Positions 18,053-27,593 of a stretch of 64,000 nucleotides of DNA are shown here, in pieces. A model generated the notes under the pieces. The model saw only the letters and a list, made by a program, of their open reading frames with translations. It searched no databases and was not told where the DNA came from. The number at the start of each line of letters is the position of its first letter. Within the stretch, counting starts at the first letter, position 1. Position numbers and translations under genes: made by a program. Source of the stretch: a virus; IMG/VR virus record IMGVR_UViG_2600255067_000001, positions 5,011-69,010 of that record; one strand, given 5' to 3'.

Positions 18053-18463
18053 TCAGCTTTTTTTTAGCGCGTCGCGGTCGGCCGCCGGGTCTTGCGGCGC
18101 GAAGTTGGCTTGCACCGCTTCGAGCACGGCTTCGATGCCGTGCTCGTCGAGCCGCTTGATGAGCGCCTTCACCTCGTTCTTCGTGTTCGGCGTGGACACC
18201 GACTCGCCCTCGATCGAGGCGACGTAGATCAGCGGCAGCACCATCGACATGTAGACCTCGTTGCGCGCGCTCTCGCCGCCGACGGCGTCGATAATCGCGT
18301 ACTGCGCGAGCACGCCCGGCTTCCGCAGGGCGATCGAGCGGCCGACCGAATCCTTGATGACGATTTCCTGTCCCGTCTGACGCATCACCGCCTGCGAAGG
18401 CGTTTCCGCCTTCGGAGCGTCCGACGGTGCGCTGATGGTCGTGTCTCGGAGCTTCGTTGCCAT
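18053..18463 (-). CDS. Tail assembly chaperone (lambda G analogue) with a 3' slippery run
   Basis: 136 aa ending ...DALKKS*. The final codons are CTA AAA AAA AGC TGA. Positioned between the tube and tape-measure genes. Confidence 0.7.
   Translation of the reverse strand: MATKLRDTTISAPSDAPKAETPSQAVMRQTGQEIVIKDSVGRSIALRKPGVLAQYAIIDAVGGESARNEVYMSMVLPLIYVASIEGESVSTPNTKNEVKALIKRLDEHGIEAVLEAVQANFAPQDPAADRDALKKS
18058..18065 (-). other. Programmed -1 ribosomal frameshift site (A AAA AAA heptamer within an A8 run) giving a G-T-like fusion
   Basis: After the slip the -1 frame has high GC3 for about 60 codons (KLTNVPLREALWLVHNGVPFDIAFSLGDVDRAAWSIVMSEFHGNKFNLNTMRWEEQKT*) and ends at about 17883, overlapping the GTG of the next gene. 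Confidence 0.55.
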
Positions 18464-18535
18464 GGTTCTTCCTCGTTTGGTGCGCGTGTGCGCTGAGATG
18501 GGGGTGATGGGCCGCGCGAATGGCGGCCCGGAGGG

Positions 18536-18997
18536 TTACGCGATCTGGATGCGGCGCGACGCCACGAACGACACAACCTGCTTCACGGTCGCGTCGCCCT
18601 TCCAGTCGCCAGCGTCGTCGAACTTCAGCAGCACGCCGAGATAGCGGTACTGGCTGACGCTCCCGCTGGCTTCCGAGATCGTCTCGGTGATGGTGACCGC
18701 CGACTCACCGATGCCCGAGTAAAAGTTCTGCTCGAGCTGCGAGAAGTACTGATCGAGCGTGGCGTCCTGGCGTTCGACCTCGAACTTGCCCTTCCAGCCG
18801 TCGAAGAAGCGCACGAAGCGCGTGACGCCATCGAGACCCTTGACCTTCACCTCGGTCGATTCCTGATTCGACTGGAATCCCGTGATGAGGTTGATTTGCA
18901 GCGGGCCGCTGCCCGTCACAATGTCGAGCGAGATGTCGCGCCCGACCGAAAAGTTGTTGATGCTCATTCGGCTCCCGTAAACGAGAAGAGCCCGCAC
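18536..18997 (-). CDS. Tail tube protein
   Basis: 153 aa, immediately downstream of the sheath gene. Confidence 0.6.
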   Translation of the reverse strand: MRALLVYGSRMSINNFSVGRDISLDIVTGSGPLQINLITGFQSNQESTEVKVKGLDGVTRFVRFFDGWKGKFEVERQDATLDQYFSQLEQNFYSGIGESAVTITETISEASGSVSQYRYLGVLLKFDDAGDWKGDATVKQVVSFVASRRIQIA

Positions 18998-19024
18998 GCG
19001 GCGGGCTCAGGGGTTGCGGACGGT

Positions 19025-20545
19025 TTAGGCGAGGGCCGTCGACTGGCGCACGATCTGCACCGACTGGCCGCCTTCCACGTTGATGAGGAACTTCTCGATG
19101 ACCGAGAGGTATTGCACCTTCACGTCGGCCTGCATGTACCCGAGCGCGACGCGGCTCTGCGGGTTGTTGCCCGCGTCGAGTTGCACGCTGTACGGGACCG
19201 TGCCGAGACTGTTCCCGATCATGCCTTGCTGCTGCATGTTGTCGAGGAAGGTGCTGATCGTGCTGCGCGCCTGGCGTTGCACCGACGGGCTCTGCAGCAG
19301 ACCGACGAACTTGCCCATGCCCGCGTTGAGCGTGTAGGCGATGTAGTTCGTCATCCGCGTGTAGTTGTCGCCGTTGATGACTGCGTTCGACGAACTGTTG
19401 TGGCCGAACCGCGCACCGAAGTACGAGCCGCCCGGCACCGGGTTCGTGATGACGTCGATACCAGCCTGCCCGAGTTGCTGGAGTTCGGCCGCGCTGTACG
19501 TCTGATTGAGGATCGACTTTTGCGTCGCGACCACGCCGTACAGTTGCTTGTTCAGCGAACTGTTCTGCGGCGAGAGGTTCGCGAGCAGGCCGCAGATGTA
19601 ACCTTGCGGCGAGATGAGGCGCGTCTGGCCGTTGACGGTATCGAGGAAGTAAATCCAGTCACCGAACAGCAGCTTGAACGCGTACGAGTCGATGCCGGCC
19701 GTGGCCTTCGCCGACACAGCGTTCGCGACGTTGTCGCCCGCGGGGCCGACGCCGATCATGTAGATGCCCTCGGACAGGCCGAAGGCAATCTGGTTCGTCC
19801 ACGTCGTCGAGTCGTCGCCGTCAACGAGTGCGGCGATGGAGGTGAACGTGTTGCGCAGGCAGTACATGCCCTTGCGCGGGACCGTGTCCTGCCCGATGAG
19901 CACAGAACCCGTGATCGTCGTCGCACCGTCCGTGCCGCCCGTCAGCGTGACCGTCGAGGCGGTGGCCGATGCCGCGATGTTGTCGAACACTTCCGGGTTC
20001 TGACCGGGCAGTGCGATGGTGACCTTCGTCGTGCTTGCGGCCGTGCCCGGCGCCACCGTTGCCTGGATGCTGTTGCCGAGCGTGCCGGTGTACTTGCCGG
20101 TCAGCGTGACGGTTGTCGTCGAAGTGCTCGCCACGACGAGACCGGACGCGCCGCGCATGACCGACGTGCCGTTGTTGATCGCGCTCGCAATCGCCGTCGC
20201 CGCAGCCGCGCTCGCCGCGGTGATGGTTCCGCTCGCCGCGACATCGGTGCCGTCGGTCACGCGCACACACCGGAAGTTGTTTGCGCCCTGAAGCACCGCC
20301 GCTGCGATGAACGTGCCGAGGTCGTACTTGCGAGCCTGGATGGCGCCGAACTTGGCTGCGTAGTCGGCCATCGAGCCGACCGTCGTCGGGCTGTTCACCG
20401 GTCCCCACGTGGCCGTACCGACCGCGCCGAGGATGTTGGTGGGCAGCCCGTTCAGGAGCGTGACGCTCGGCGGCACGATCTGGACGTAGACGTCCGGGAT
20501 GATCAGCGCCGTCGTGTTGATCGACCCTGCTTGAACCACAGGCAT
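19025..20545 (-). CDS. Contractile tail sheath protein
   Basis: 506 aa. N-terminus MPVVQAGSINTTALIIPDVYVQIV..., and the size and composition are typical of myovirus sheath proteins. Confidence 0.75.
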   Translation of the reverse strand: MPVVQAGSINTTALIIPDVYVQIVPPSVTLLNGLPTNILGAVGTATWGPVNSPTTVGSMADYAAKFGAIQARKYDLGTFIAAAVLQGANNFRCVRVTDGTDVAASGTITAASAAAATAIASAINNGTSVMRGASGLVVASTSTTTVTLTGKYTGTLGNSIQATVAPGTAASTTKVTIALPGQNPEVFDNIAASATASTVTLTGGTDGATTITGSVLIGQDTVPRKGMYCLRNTFTSIAALVDGDDSTTWTNQIAFGLSEGIYMIGVGPAGDNVANAVSAKATAGIDSYAFKLLFGDWIYFLDTVNGQTRLISPQGYICGLLANLSPQNSSLNKQLYGVVATQKSILNQTYSAAELQQLGQAGIDVITNPVPGGSYFGARFGHNSSSNAVINGDNYTRMTNYIAYTLNAGMGKFVGLLQSPSVQRQARSTISTFLDNMQQQGMIGNSLGTVPYSVQLDAGNNPQSRVALGYMQADVKVQYLSVIEKFLINVEGGQSVQIVRQSTALA

Positions 20546-20561
20546 ATAGCGTTCTCCAATG

Positions 20562-20586
20562 AAAAAAGCCCGCTCGAAGGCGGGCT
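20562..20586 (-). terminator. Hairpin plus T-run just upstream of the sheath gene (attenuator/terminator)
   Basis: agcccgctcgaaggcgggct with flanking A-run on the plus strand. Followed on the minus strand by RBS GGAGAA and the sheath ATG. Confidence 0.5.
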
Positions 20587-20612
20587 ATGCGTGTCTTGCG
20601 GGGAGCGACCGG

Positions 20613-20798
20613 TTACGGCGCTTTGGTCTTGCGGAGGGGTTTGGTGGCGGGTGCGGCGTCGACGGGATCGGGGACGTTCACCTTGACGACGCGCGCCTCG
20701 TGTTCGGAGGCGAGCACCTTGGCGACGTAGTCGGGATCGGCGATCAAGTCGCCCACCTCGTAGTCGCCGAAAGCGTGCTTTACGACGAGTCCAATCAT
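20613..20798 (-). CDS. Small hypothetical protein
   Basis: 61 aa MIGLVVKHAFGDYEVGDLIADPDYVAKVLASEHEARVVKVNVPDPVDAAPATKPLRKTKAP. RBS GAGG. Internal start of track ORF 20613..21107, whose upstream part is not protein-like. Confidence 0.45.
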   Translation of the reverse strand: MIGLVVKHAFGDYEVGDLIADPDYVAKVLASEHEARVVKVNVPDPVDAAPATKPLRKTKAP

Positions 20799-20809
20799 GC
20801 AAACCTCGG

Positions 20810-21658
20810 TCAGAGATAGGTCGTGAACACTGCCGACGAGCCATCCACGCCTGCGACCTGTGGCGTAGTGTTTAGCTGCCCGACGGCGATCTGCGCGGCT
20901 TGCTGGCTGATCGTCGTCGCGAAGTCGACGGTGTAGAGCGAGTCGCGCCGGTATGCGCTCGCCTTTTGCAGCTTGTCGGTGTCGAAACCGTTGGCGTAGA
21001 TGAGGCGCGCGCCGAATCCGTCGGGCATCGAGAGGAAACGCATGTCGGACAGGAACGCATCGAACGCCGTGACAACCGCGACGCGCGCGGCCGGCGTCGG
21101 TGCCCACACCGTCACCTGAACGGTGTGCTCCTGTCGCCGCACTTCGCGCGCGACTGTGCCGAATGCGCTGATGCGCGCGGTAATCCCGCGCGCCGACGAC
21201 GGCAGGTTGATCACCGGCCCGGCGCTTGTCGTGCCCGGCACCTGCGCCGCAATGAGTGTCGCGAGAGCTGCGGCGACGCTGTTCAGCGTGTCGCTGCCCT
21301 GCACGGCATAGACGAATGGCTTTCCGTTCGCCAGCACGGCGACCGTTTGCGGGGTTGCCACGGCGCCGCCGATGGTGATGGACGTGCCGTTGACTGTGGC
21401 AGTAAGCGTCTGCGTGGGTGCGACGACGGTTTGCCAGTCGCCCGGGTGCCGCGTCGTGTTGCGGCCGTTCGGGTGCGGAAAGATCGAGACGTGCGCGGCG
21501 CCGGCCGCCATATCCGCGTCGAGCGTTGCGGGGTCGGGCCAGCCTGGGTACACCTTCACCGGAAAGCCCGGGACCGATTGCGCACTTGTGCCGTTCGGAT
21601 AGAGGAAGCCGCTGATCACTCCCGCGAGCACGTTGCCCACGTCGGAGAGGTCAGCCAT
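20810..21658 (-). CDS. Hypothetical virion/tail-associated protein
   Basis: 282 aa ORF in the head-tail joining region. Confidence 0.55.
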   Translation of the reverse strand: MADLSDVGNVLAGVISGFLYPNGTSAQSVPGFPVKVYPGWPDPATLDADMAAGAAHVSIFPHPNGRNTTRHPGDWQTVVAPTQTLTATVNGTSITIGGAVATPQTVAVLANGKPFVYAVQGSDTLNSVAAALATLIAAQVPGTTSAGPVINLPSSARGITARISAFGTVAREVRRQEHTVQVTVWAPTPAARVAVVTAFDAFLSDMRFLSMPDGFGARLIYANGFDTDKLQKASAYRRDSLYTVDFATTISQQAAQIAVGQLNTTPQVAGVDGSSAVFTTYL

Positions 21659-21872
21659 CGATCACCGCCTCCCCATCGACGCGCACGATCGGGTTCGCGA
21701 ACGTGATGCGCGCCTCGCCGATCTTGTCGGTCTCGATACTCCATTCGACGCGCGTGATGCACCCCTCAATCTGCTTGCCGTCGGCGTCGAGCACGCGCGT
21801 TCCATGCGGGGTGCCATCGCTGAGGATGGAGATGCGTTTGTCGATAGACATCAGAGTTCCAGTAGCTTGCAC
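21651..21872 (-). CDS. Hypothetical small protein (likely start at Met-8, about 21851)
   Basis: 73 aa, coupled to neighbours. Confidence 0.45.
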   Translation of the reverse strand: MQATGTLMSIDKRISILSDGTPHGTRVLDADGKQIEGCITRVEWSIETDKIGEARITFANPIVRVDGEAVIDG

Positions 21873-22192
21873 AGGGCTGAAAAACCGAACACGTTCGGAT
21901 AGGCGCCGAGCACTTCGAACCGGCGTCCGAGGTCATCGCTGATCACATAGCGCTCGCTGAGGAGCGACAGGTCTGTCGAGCGAAAGAAGATGCGCCACTC
22001 GGTCGTGGGAACGTCGCCGGGCAACCCGGCGGGATTCACTGCCTTGCTCTTGACGAGCTGAATCGAAGCCGCGATGCCGCTCGCAATCTGCTGCAACGTG
22101 CCCTGCGTGGCGCCTCCGTAGCCGATGGCCCCGACGCCGGTCTGATTCGCTGGCCGGCTGATCGCAATGACGCGGTCGTAGATCGCGCTCAT
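21851..22192 (-). CDS. Hypothetical head-tail connector region protein
   Basis: 113 aa ORF. Confidence 0.5.
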   Translation of the reverse strand: MSAIYDRVIAISRPANQTGVGAIGYGGATQGTLQQIASGIAASIQLVKSKAVNPAGLPGDVPTTEWRIFFRSTDLSLLSERYVISDDLGRRFEVLGAYPNVFGFSALCKLLEL

Positions 22193-23100
22193 GCGAAGCC
22201 CTTCGCGGTGTACGGCGCGAGTTGCGCCTTGGTGTCCTGATCGAAGATCGTGTCGGCGAAGCGCTCAATACTCGTGTCGCCAGCTTGGTACTTCTTGAGC
22301 CCTCCCTGGAGGATCGACGATGTCGAACTCGCACTGATGAGCGCAGCACACGCGTTCTTCACGATGGTGGGCAGCGCCTGGTAGCTGAAGCCCGCGACGT
22401 AATGGATGCGGACCTCGCTGTAGTACGCCAGATAGACGCTCGACGGCATCCAGTATTGCCCGGTGCCGCGATCGAGCGATCCAACCGTCGGGTCGAACAC
22501 TTCCCACAGCGGCGGACCGCCGAACTGGCTGAGCGACGCGAGCAGGTTGAAATCGTCCATGAGCGACGTTCCGGCGTCGCCGCGGCGCCCATATCCGAAA
22601 CGGCCAGCGCCAGAGATGACGCGCGCCGTCGGGTTCTGCGAGAGGCGCACGACGGGGCGCTCGGTGGGCACGTAAAGCTGCTCCGTTACCACCATGCCGG
22701 TGTCCATCGTCGCGCCCTGCGCGTGCGCGAACTGCACTTTGCGGAATGTCAGAGTGTTGCCGCTGATGCCGCTCACGACGACCGCTTCGCACGCGTTCGC
22801 GGTAGCTCGGTCAAGCAAGATCACATCGCCCGACTGGATGTTCAAGTCGGCAGGCGGGACAGGCAGCGTCACGGGAACTGCGTTACCCGGCGCGATGGCC
22901 GTGGGCAGCGCAAACGTGAAGTCTGGATTCTTGCCAGCCATGAAGGCCGGCACGCTGTTCGCGTCAGGCGACCACATGAGGCCGTCGGGTCGACGCAAGT
23001 ACGCGTCAACAAGCGCGGATGCCTGCGTCACCTGTCCGACGGTCGCGTTCGGCACCCCGAAAGTGGCGTAGTCCGCTGGTTGCAGGTACATGGAGGGCAT
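22189..23100 (-). CDS. Hypothetical structural protein
   Basis: 303 aa ORF, coupled (ATGA) to downstream gene. Confidence 0.5.
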   Translation of the reverse strand: MPSMYLQPADYATFGVPNATVGQVTQASALVDAYLRRPDGLMWSPDANSVPAFMAGKNPDFTFALPTAIAPGNAVPVTLPVPPADLNIQSGDVILLDRATANACEAVVVSGISGNTLTFRKVQFAHAQGATMDTGMVVTEQLYVPTERPVVRLSQNPTARVISGAGRFGYGRRGDAGTSLMDDFNLLASLSQFGGPPLWEVFDPTVGSLDRGTGQYWMPSSVYLAYYSEVRIHYVAGFSYQALPTIVKNACAALISASSTSSILQGGLKKYQAGDTSIERFADTIFDQDTKAQLAPYTAKGFA

Positions 23101-23103
23101 GTG

Positions 23104-23400
23104 TCAGGTGCGGTAAAGGACGACGCCGACGGCTGCGGCCGTCGCGGTCTTGACGACGCGGTAGATGCCGGGCACGGTGATCGCGATAGCCGGAACGGTC
23201 TGCGTCATCTGCGCGGCAATCGCGGCCGGCGCGTTCTGCCAGTTGCCGCTCGCGTCCTGAATCTGGACGGTCGCCGTTTCGGACGCGCCGAGACCACCGG
23301 CAACCAGCGTGCAGGGGCCGTCGGCGACGCCCTGCTGAAACGGGTTCGATGTAACCCCGGCAGTGACCGGCGCAACGATGATTTGCGCGAGGACGCTCAT
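23104..23400 (-). CDS. Hypothetical small structural protein
   Basis: 98 aa, Ala/Val/Gly-rich. Confidence 0.45.
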   Translation of the reverse strand: MSVLAQIIVAPVTAGVTSNPFQQGVADGPCTLVAGGLGASETATVQIQDASGNWQNAPAAIAAQMTQTVPAIAITVPGIYRVVKTATAAAVGVVLYRT

Positions 23401-23624
23401 GCTGCGACGCCTTGCGGGACGATGAGCGGCGAGCGCTGCGCGACGCCCTGATCGACGAGGTATCGGCCGAGCGCGGGCTCGACATCGGCGACACCTTCGG
23501 TGAAGACGGTCGCGAACATCTTCGGGCGTCCGTCCGCCTCGCAGAAGTCCGATGTCGGGAACTCGCGCCCCGGCTGCGAATAGATGGTGTGCTTGCCCTT
23601 GCCGCCCGGAAGGTAAATCTTCAT
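23397..23624 (-). CDS. Hypothetical small protein
   Basis: 75 aa starting MKIYLPGGKGK..., RBS GGGAGAGGAAACGAGC. Internal start of track ORF 23397..23732. Confidence 0.45.
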   Translation of the reverse strand: MKIYLPGGKGKHTIYSQPGREFPTSDFCEADGRPKMFATVFTEGVADVEPALGRYLVDQGVAQRSPLIVPQGVAA

Positions 23625-23745
23625 GCTCGTTTCCTCTCCCAAAAAGGAAGGGGCCGCGCTGTGGCGGCCCCTGATGCGTTGACGCTTCGTCTGTTTTCGT
23701 ACGCGCATGTGTTCCTCCTCACACGCTGTCACGCGCTAGGCGCGC

Positions 23746-24738
23746 TTACGGACGCTGGATGGCGACGACCGCGTGCGCGTAGGACGCGCCCTTGAAGATC
23801 ACCGCGTCGAACTTCACGCCCACGAACTGGCCGGCGAGGTTGCCGGTCAGGCCGAGTTGGAACAGACGCGGGTTCGGGTTGAACTCCCGGCCCGAAATCA
23901 CGGGGATTTCGACGTCCTTCTCGCTCATGATCACGGCGTAGTAGTTCTTGTTGCCCGCCGCGGGCGCCGAGAAGCCGTATGCGGCCGCCGTGTCCGTCGG
24001 CATGAACGGATCGCCGATGAGCGGCAGCTTGCCCGCCTGCGTGGCAATCGCCGCGACCGTGACGCCTGCGGTGATTTCCATGCTGTCGAGCGTGATCTTC
24101 GACGCCTTCGCTTCCTGGTCGACGTAGTCGGCCGCAATCGGGTTGAGGTAGATCGCGGTCGGACGCACCACGTACGTCGGGTTCGCGACCATCTGCGCGA
24201 CTTGTGCCTTCAGGCCGTCGATGATCGAGGCGCCCGGGGCGATGGTGGCGGTCAGCGTGATCTGCGCGAGGCCGCCCATCCACTCGAGCGTAGTCGGCGC
24301 CGTGAGTGACGTGTCGGTGCCCTTCCACAGCATCGAGGCGCGCTTCACCTCGATCGAGTTGATGATGTCGTCCACGTCCTTGGCGACGACACTCGCGAAC
24401 TGGCCTTGCTGCTCGGTCACGTCCTTGTCGAACAGGGAGAGGTTCGACTGGTTCGTCACCGCCTTGATGAACGCCGGGCGTTCGACGCGGGTCGGGCCAG
24501 TCGGCGTCGCCGAGAGGTTGCGCGGGTCGACAGCCGCGGCGGTGCCGATTGCCGTCTGTTCGAAGTAGCGGTGCGGGTGGCCGGTCGCGGGAACCTGCGG
24601 GATGCGGTTCAGCGCGGCCGAGGTGCGACGGACCACGTCCATGATCTCGCGTTCGAAGATCGGGATTTCGATGGCACCGGTGCCGAGGTAATCGGCCGCG
24701 GCGCTCAGGTCCATCATCTTGGCTTGGTTTGCTGCCAT
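23746..24738 (-). CDS. Major capsid protein (HK97 fold)
   Basis: 330 aa. It follows the protease/scaffold gene after an attenuator hairpin, and its composition and length are typical of HK97-like MCPs. Confidence 0.75.
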   Translation of the reverse strand: MAANQAKMMDLSAAADYLGTGAIEIPIFEREIMDVVRRTSAALNRIPQVPATGHPHRYFEQTAIGTAAAVDPRNLSATPTGPTRVERPAFIKAVTNQSNLSLFDKDVTEQQGQFASVVAKDVDDIINSIEVKRASMLWKGTDTSLTAPTTLEWMGGLAQITLTATIAPGASIIDGLKAQVAQMVANPTYVVRPTAIYLNPIAADYVDQEAKASKITLDSMEITAGVTVAAIATQAGKLPLIGDPFMPTDTAAAYGFSAPAAGNKNYYAVIMSEKDVEIPVISGREFNPNPRLFQLGLTGNLAGQFVGVKFDAVIFKGASYAHAVVAIQRP

Positions 24739-24756
24739 TCAGGGCTCTCCAAATGG

Positions 24757-24780
24757 AAAAGGCCCGCGCGATGGCGGGCC
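24757..24780 (-). terminator. Intrinsic attenuator hairpin between the scaffold/protease and capsid genes
   Basis: ggcccgcgcgatggcgggcc followed on the minus strand by TTTTCC, then RBS GGAGAG and the capsid ATG. Confidence 0.55.
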
Positions 24781-24826
24781 TTCTTGATGCGTTGGTGTGG
24801 TGTGCGGCTTGCGCCGCGCGTTCGGC

Positions 24827-26284
24827 TTACTGCTTGCCGACGGGCAGCACGCCTGCGCTCATGAGTTTCAGCTTGGCGGTGAGTGCGGCGTGGCCGGTAA
24901 CGCCGGCAGCCTCGAGCGTCTTGTCGACCTCGGCGACCGTGAGTTCGCCCTTTTCGGCCTGCTCGCCGAGACCGTGCTTCGCGAGCAGCGTCTTGATTTC
25001 CGGCGAGAGCGTCTTGCGCTCCGGTTCCGTCGACTTGTTGAACGCCGCCGCCTTCAGGTCGGTGACGAGGGTCGTCAGGTTCGCGACGGACGCGGACAGT
25101 TCGGCGACTTGCTTGTCGGGCTCGCCCTTACCTGCATCGGCGCCCTTGCCGGCACCAGCACCGGCCGCGCCCGCGGCGCCCGCTTCCATCGTGCGCGACA
25201 GGTAGTCGTGGTCGCGGTAGATGTGCGGGATGTTGCCCATGACGGCCTCGGCTTCCATGCTCGCGGCCATGTGGCGCAGCACGTTGGCGTGTCCGTTCGT
25301 CGGGTGCGTGCCGATGCCAGCCGCTTCCATCGACGCAGCGCACGAACGCAGCGCTTCGGCATGCGGGCGCACCTTGTCGCGCGTCGCCGCCGCCTCGATC
25401 GCCTTCTCGTTGAGCTTCGCGAGCGCTTCGCTCGTCGAGGCTTGACCGGCTGCGAGAGTCTTCATCTGCTCGGTGAGCGTCGAGACTGCCTGCATCAGTT
25501 GCTTGATTTCTTCCATCGTTGGTTCCTGAACGGCTTTCGAAGCCTGTAGAGAGGTGGTGGTGTAGGCGGCCTTGTCCTTCAGCAGCACAGCGGCGCCGGT
25601 GAAAACGATCCGATCAACGTGCCAGGTTTCGGCGTTGACGTCTCGAATGGCCGCCTTGGCCTCGTACGAGAAGCCGAGCCGGTCCTTGTTCGCCTTGATC
25701 CAGACGCATTCGTCGGGGAAGTCGTTCGCGTAGAAGAAGCCCCCGATGTGAACGGCGTTGCCGTTGACCGTGCCGTCGGTAATGAGACCGATCTTCGACT
25801 GGTTGTCGTGCCCGTCGAAGTTGGGCGTGAAGTCGACGCACATGCCGAGCAGACTGCCGAGCGCCGCCTCGGCGACTTCGGCCGGGATGAACGTACGGTG
25901 CCCATCAGCGCCGCCCGGCGGGTTGTCGGATGGCTCGTCGACCCGCGTCAGGACGCCAGTGAACGGCATCTTGTTCGGGTGCTCCGGGTCGGGCACCGCA
26001 ATGCTCATCGCCGAAAGTTCGAACGACGCGCTGATCTCGCGTGACGCCTGCACGCCCTTCGGCGTGTGCCAGCCCTTCGTGTCGATCCCGAGTTCGCGCG
26101 CGCGCCGGATGATGCGCTCGCGCGCCGTGCGCCGCTCGTCGCGGGTCAGCCCTTCAGTGCGGTCGACCATATCCCACGCGAGCCGCACGTGCGCCTCGTC
26201 GTGGATCGGCAACAGTCGTTTGCCCGGAACGGCGAAATCGCTACCCCGCATGTTGTCGCGGCGGGTCTCGCCGAGTTTCGCCAT
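24827..26284 (-). CDS. Prohead protease / scaffolding fusion protein
   Basis: 485 aa. N-terminal domain (..GHDNQSKIGLITDG..) then a long Ala/Glu/Lys-rich helical scaffold-like C-terminal half. Located between portal-region genes and the capsid. Confidence 0.6.
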   Translation of the reverse strand: MAKLGETRRDNMRGSDFAVPGKRLLPIHDEAHVRLAWDMVDRTEGLTRDERRTARERIIRRARELGIDTKGWHTPKGVQASREISASFELSAMSIAVPDPEHPNKMPFTGVLTRVDEPSDNPPGGADGHRTFIPAEVAEAALGSLLGMCVDFTPNFDGHDNQSKIGLITDGTVNGNAVHIGGFFYANDFPDECVWIKANKDRLGFSYEAKAAIRDVNAETWHVDRIVFTGAAVLLKDKAAYTTTSLQASKAVQEPTMEEIKQLMQAVSTLTEQMKTLAAGQASTSEALAKLNEKAIEAAATRDKVRPHAEALRSCAASMEAAGIGTHPTNGHANVLRHMAASMEAEAVMGNIPHIYRDHDYLSRTMEAGAAGAAGAGAGKGADAGKGEPDKQVAELSASVANLTTLVTDLKAAAFNKSTEPERKTLSPEIKTLLAKHGLGEQAEKGELTVAEVDKTLEAAGVTGHAALTAKLKLMSAGVLPVGKQ

Positions 26285-26293
26285 GCGCGCTCC

Positions 26294-26722
26294 TTATAGG
26301 AAGTACTTCAGTTCGTCGACCAGGTCCTGCACGTCGGCGTGCGCTGCGGAGAGCACGTGCTGCTCGATTGCCGTCACCATGTGGCGGAACTCGGCCAGCT
26401 TCACGTGGATTCGGTTGAGCACGCTCTGGCTCGCCGTGTCGCCCGACTTCTCGGCCGTGGCGAGGAGGTCCGACACGTGCGATGCGAGCGTCTTGCGCAC
26501 GCCCACGACTGCGGCTTCGACGGCGTCGCCCACATCGGCGAGCGTCGCGTCGGCAACCGCCGGCGTGTCGGGCACCGGGGGCGTCTCGCTCGCGTTGCCC
26601 TTCGCCATGTCCTGAGCGCCGGTGTTGAGCGTCACCTCCTTCTTCGCGGCATCCTCGGCGCCGGTGTCGGGCGCGCCGCTTTGCTTCGCCGGGGTGGCCG
26701 GCGTGTTCGATTGCTTTGCCAT
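26294..26722 (-). CDS. Hypothetical head protein
   Basis: 142 aa ORF with acidic/Ala-rich N-terminus. Confidence 0.5.
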   Translation of the reverse strand: MAKQSNTPATPAKQSGAPDTGAEDAAKKEVTLNTGAQDMAKGNASETPPVPDTPAVADATLADVGDAVEAAVVGVRKTLASHVSDLLATAEKSGDTASQSVLNRIHVKLAEFRHMVTAIEQHVLSAAHADVQDLVDELKYFL

Positions 26723-26755
26723 GTCGCTTCCGTTTGGGTTGAGCGAAGCCGCGCG

Positions 26756-26947
26756 TTACAGCGCTGCCTTGATCGCGGTGATGGCGGTGTCGGCCGCGCT
26801 GTCGCCGGTAGCGGCGAGCGCCGCGAGCCGGTTCTTGAGGTCCGCTGCGGCGACCTCGGCCGCCTGAATCAGGCCGGCGAGTTGCGGGTTCTTCGCCTGC
26901 TCGGCGGCGATGCGCCGGGTCGTGAGGGTCGATTGGTTCGTTGCCAT
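26756..26947 (-). CDS. Hypothetical small protein
   Basis: 63 aa Ala-rich helical ORF. Confidence 0.4.
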   Translation of the reverse strand: MATNQSTLTTRRIAAEQAKNPQLAGLIQAAEVAAADLKNRLAALAATGDSAADTAITAIKAAL

Positions 26948-26956
26948 TGCGGCTCC

Positions 26957-27259
26957 TTACGCGGTGATCGTGATGTCGATCGTGCCCGCCGCAATCGAGT
27001 TCGCAGCGAGGCGCGGGTTCAGCGTCACAGTGAAGCCCGACTGCGTCTTGCCGGTCGCGAACCAGGTTGCGTCCTGGCCGGGCTGCACGACGACGTTGTA
27101 CTTCGCCGGGAGGTTCAGGCCGGTGACGGGGACGTTCACCGCCGCGCCGGCCGCGCCTGCGCCGTTGGCAACGCCGTACAGCGTCCCGAGGAATACACGG
27201 TCGGTCGACTGCGGCGGCACGCCACCGGGCAGCGATACGGTGTGGTAATCGAAGCTCAT
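26957..27259 (-). CDS. Hypothetical head (decoration-like) protein
   Basis: About 100 aa starting MSFDYHTVSLPGG... (internal Met of track ORF 26957..27277). Hairpin terminator-like element just upstream. Confidence 0.45.
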   Translation of the reverse strand: MSFDYHTVSLPGGVPPQSTDRVFLGTLYGVANGAGAAGAAVNVPVTGLNLPAKYNVVVQPGQDATWFATGKTQSGFTVTLNPRLAANSIAAGTIDITITA

Positions 27260-27320
27260 TCGCGCTCCAGAATGCAAAAAGCCGCCTCACGGGCGGCCAT
27301 TGCGGGTTGATGGGATGGTG

Positions 27321-27593
27321 CTAGTGCGTGCTCGCGGCGGTCTCGGCGGTGGCCTCGCCGGTCAGTTCTTCGAACGTCGCGCGCGGGATCACGCGGGTAA
27401 CGTGCTCGGTCGGATAGCGGTCGAAGTGATGCTCGACGACTCGCATGTCGCGGGCCTCGGCAGTGATGCGCAGCGCCACCGCGAGCGCACGTTGGTGCGT
27501 GTGCGCGGTGACACACGCGCCGCTGTACACGGCTGCCGCGATAGCCTCGCACCGGTCCTTGGTCAGTTCGACCCATTCGGGCTTGTTGGTCAC
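27321..27593 (-). CDS. Hypothetical protein
   Basis: 90 aa, GTG start. Confidence 0.45.
   Translation of the reverse strand: MTNKPEWVELTKDRCEAIAAAVYSGACVTAHTHQRALAVALRITAEARDMRVVEHHFDRYPTEHVTRVIPRATFEELTGEATAETAASTH

Noticed and set aside
18896-20686. 596-aa plus-strand ORF antisense to the sheath gene
   Set aside because: Extreme Arg/Asp/Val bias from the GC-rich antisense frame. The sheath protein on the other strand is clearly real.
22222-27310. Large plus-strand ORFs across the head-gene region (22222..23451, 23773..24309, 24797..25549, 25758..26615, 26339..27310, 26241..27290)
   Set aside because: All antisense or off-frame to recognisable capsid, scaffold or structural genes. Low-complexity R/A/G/S-rich products.
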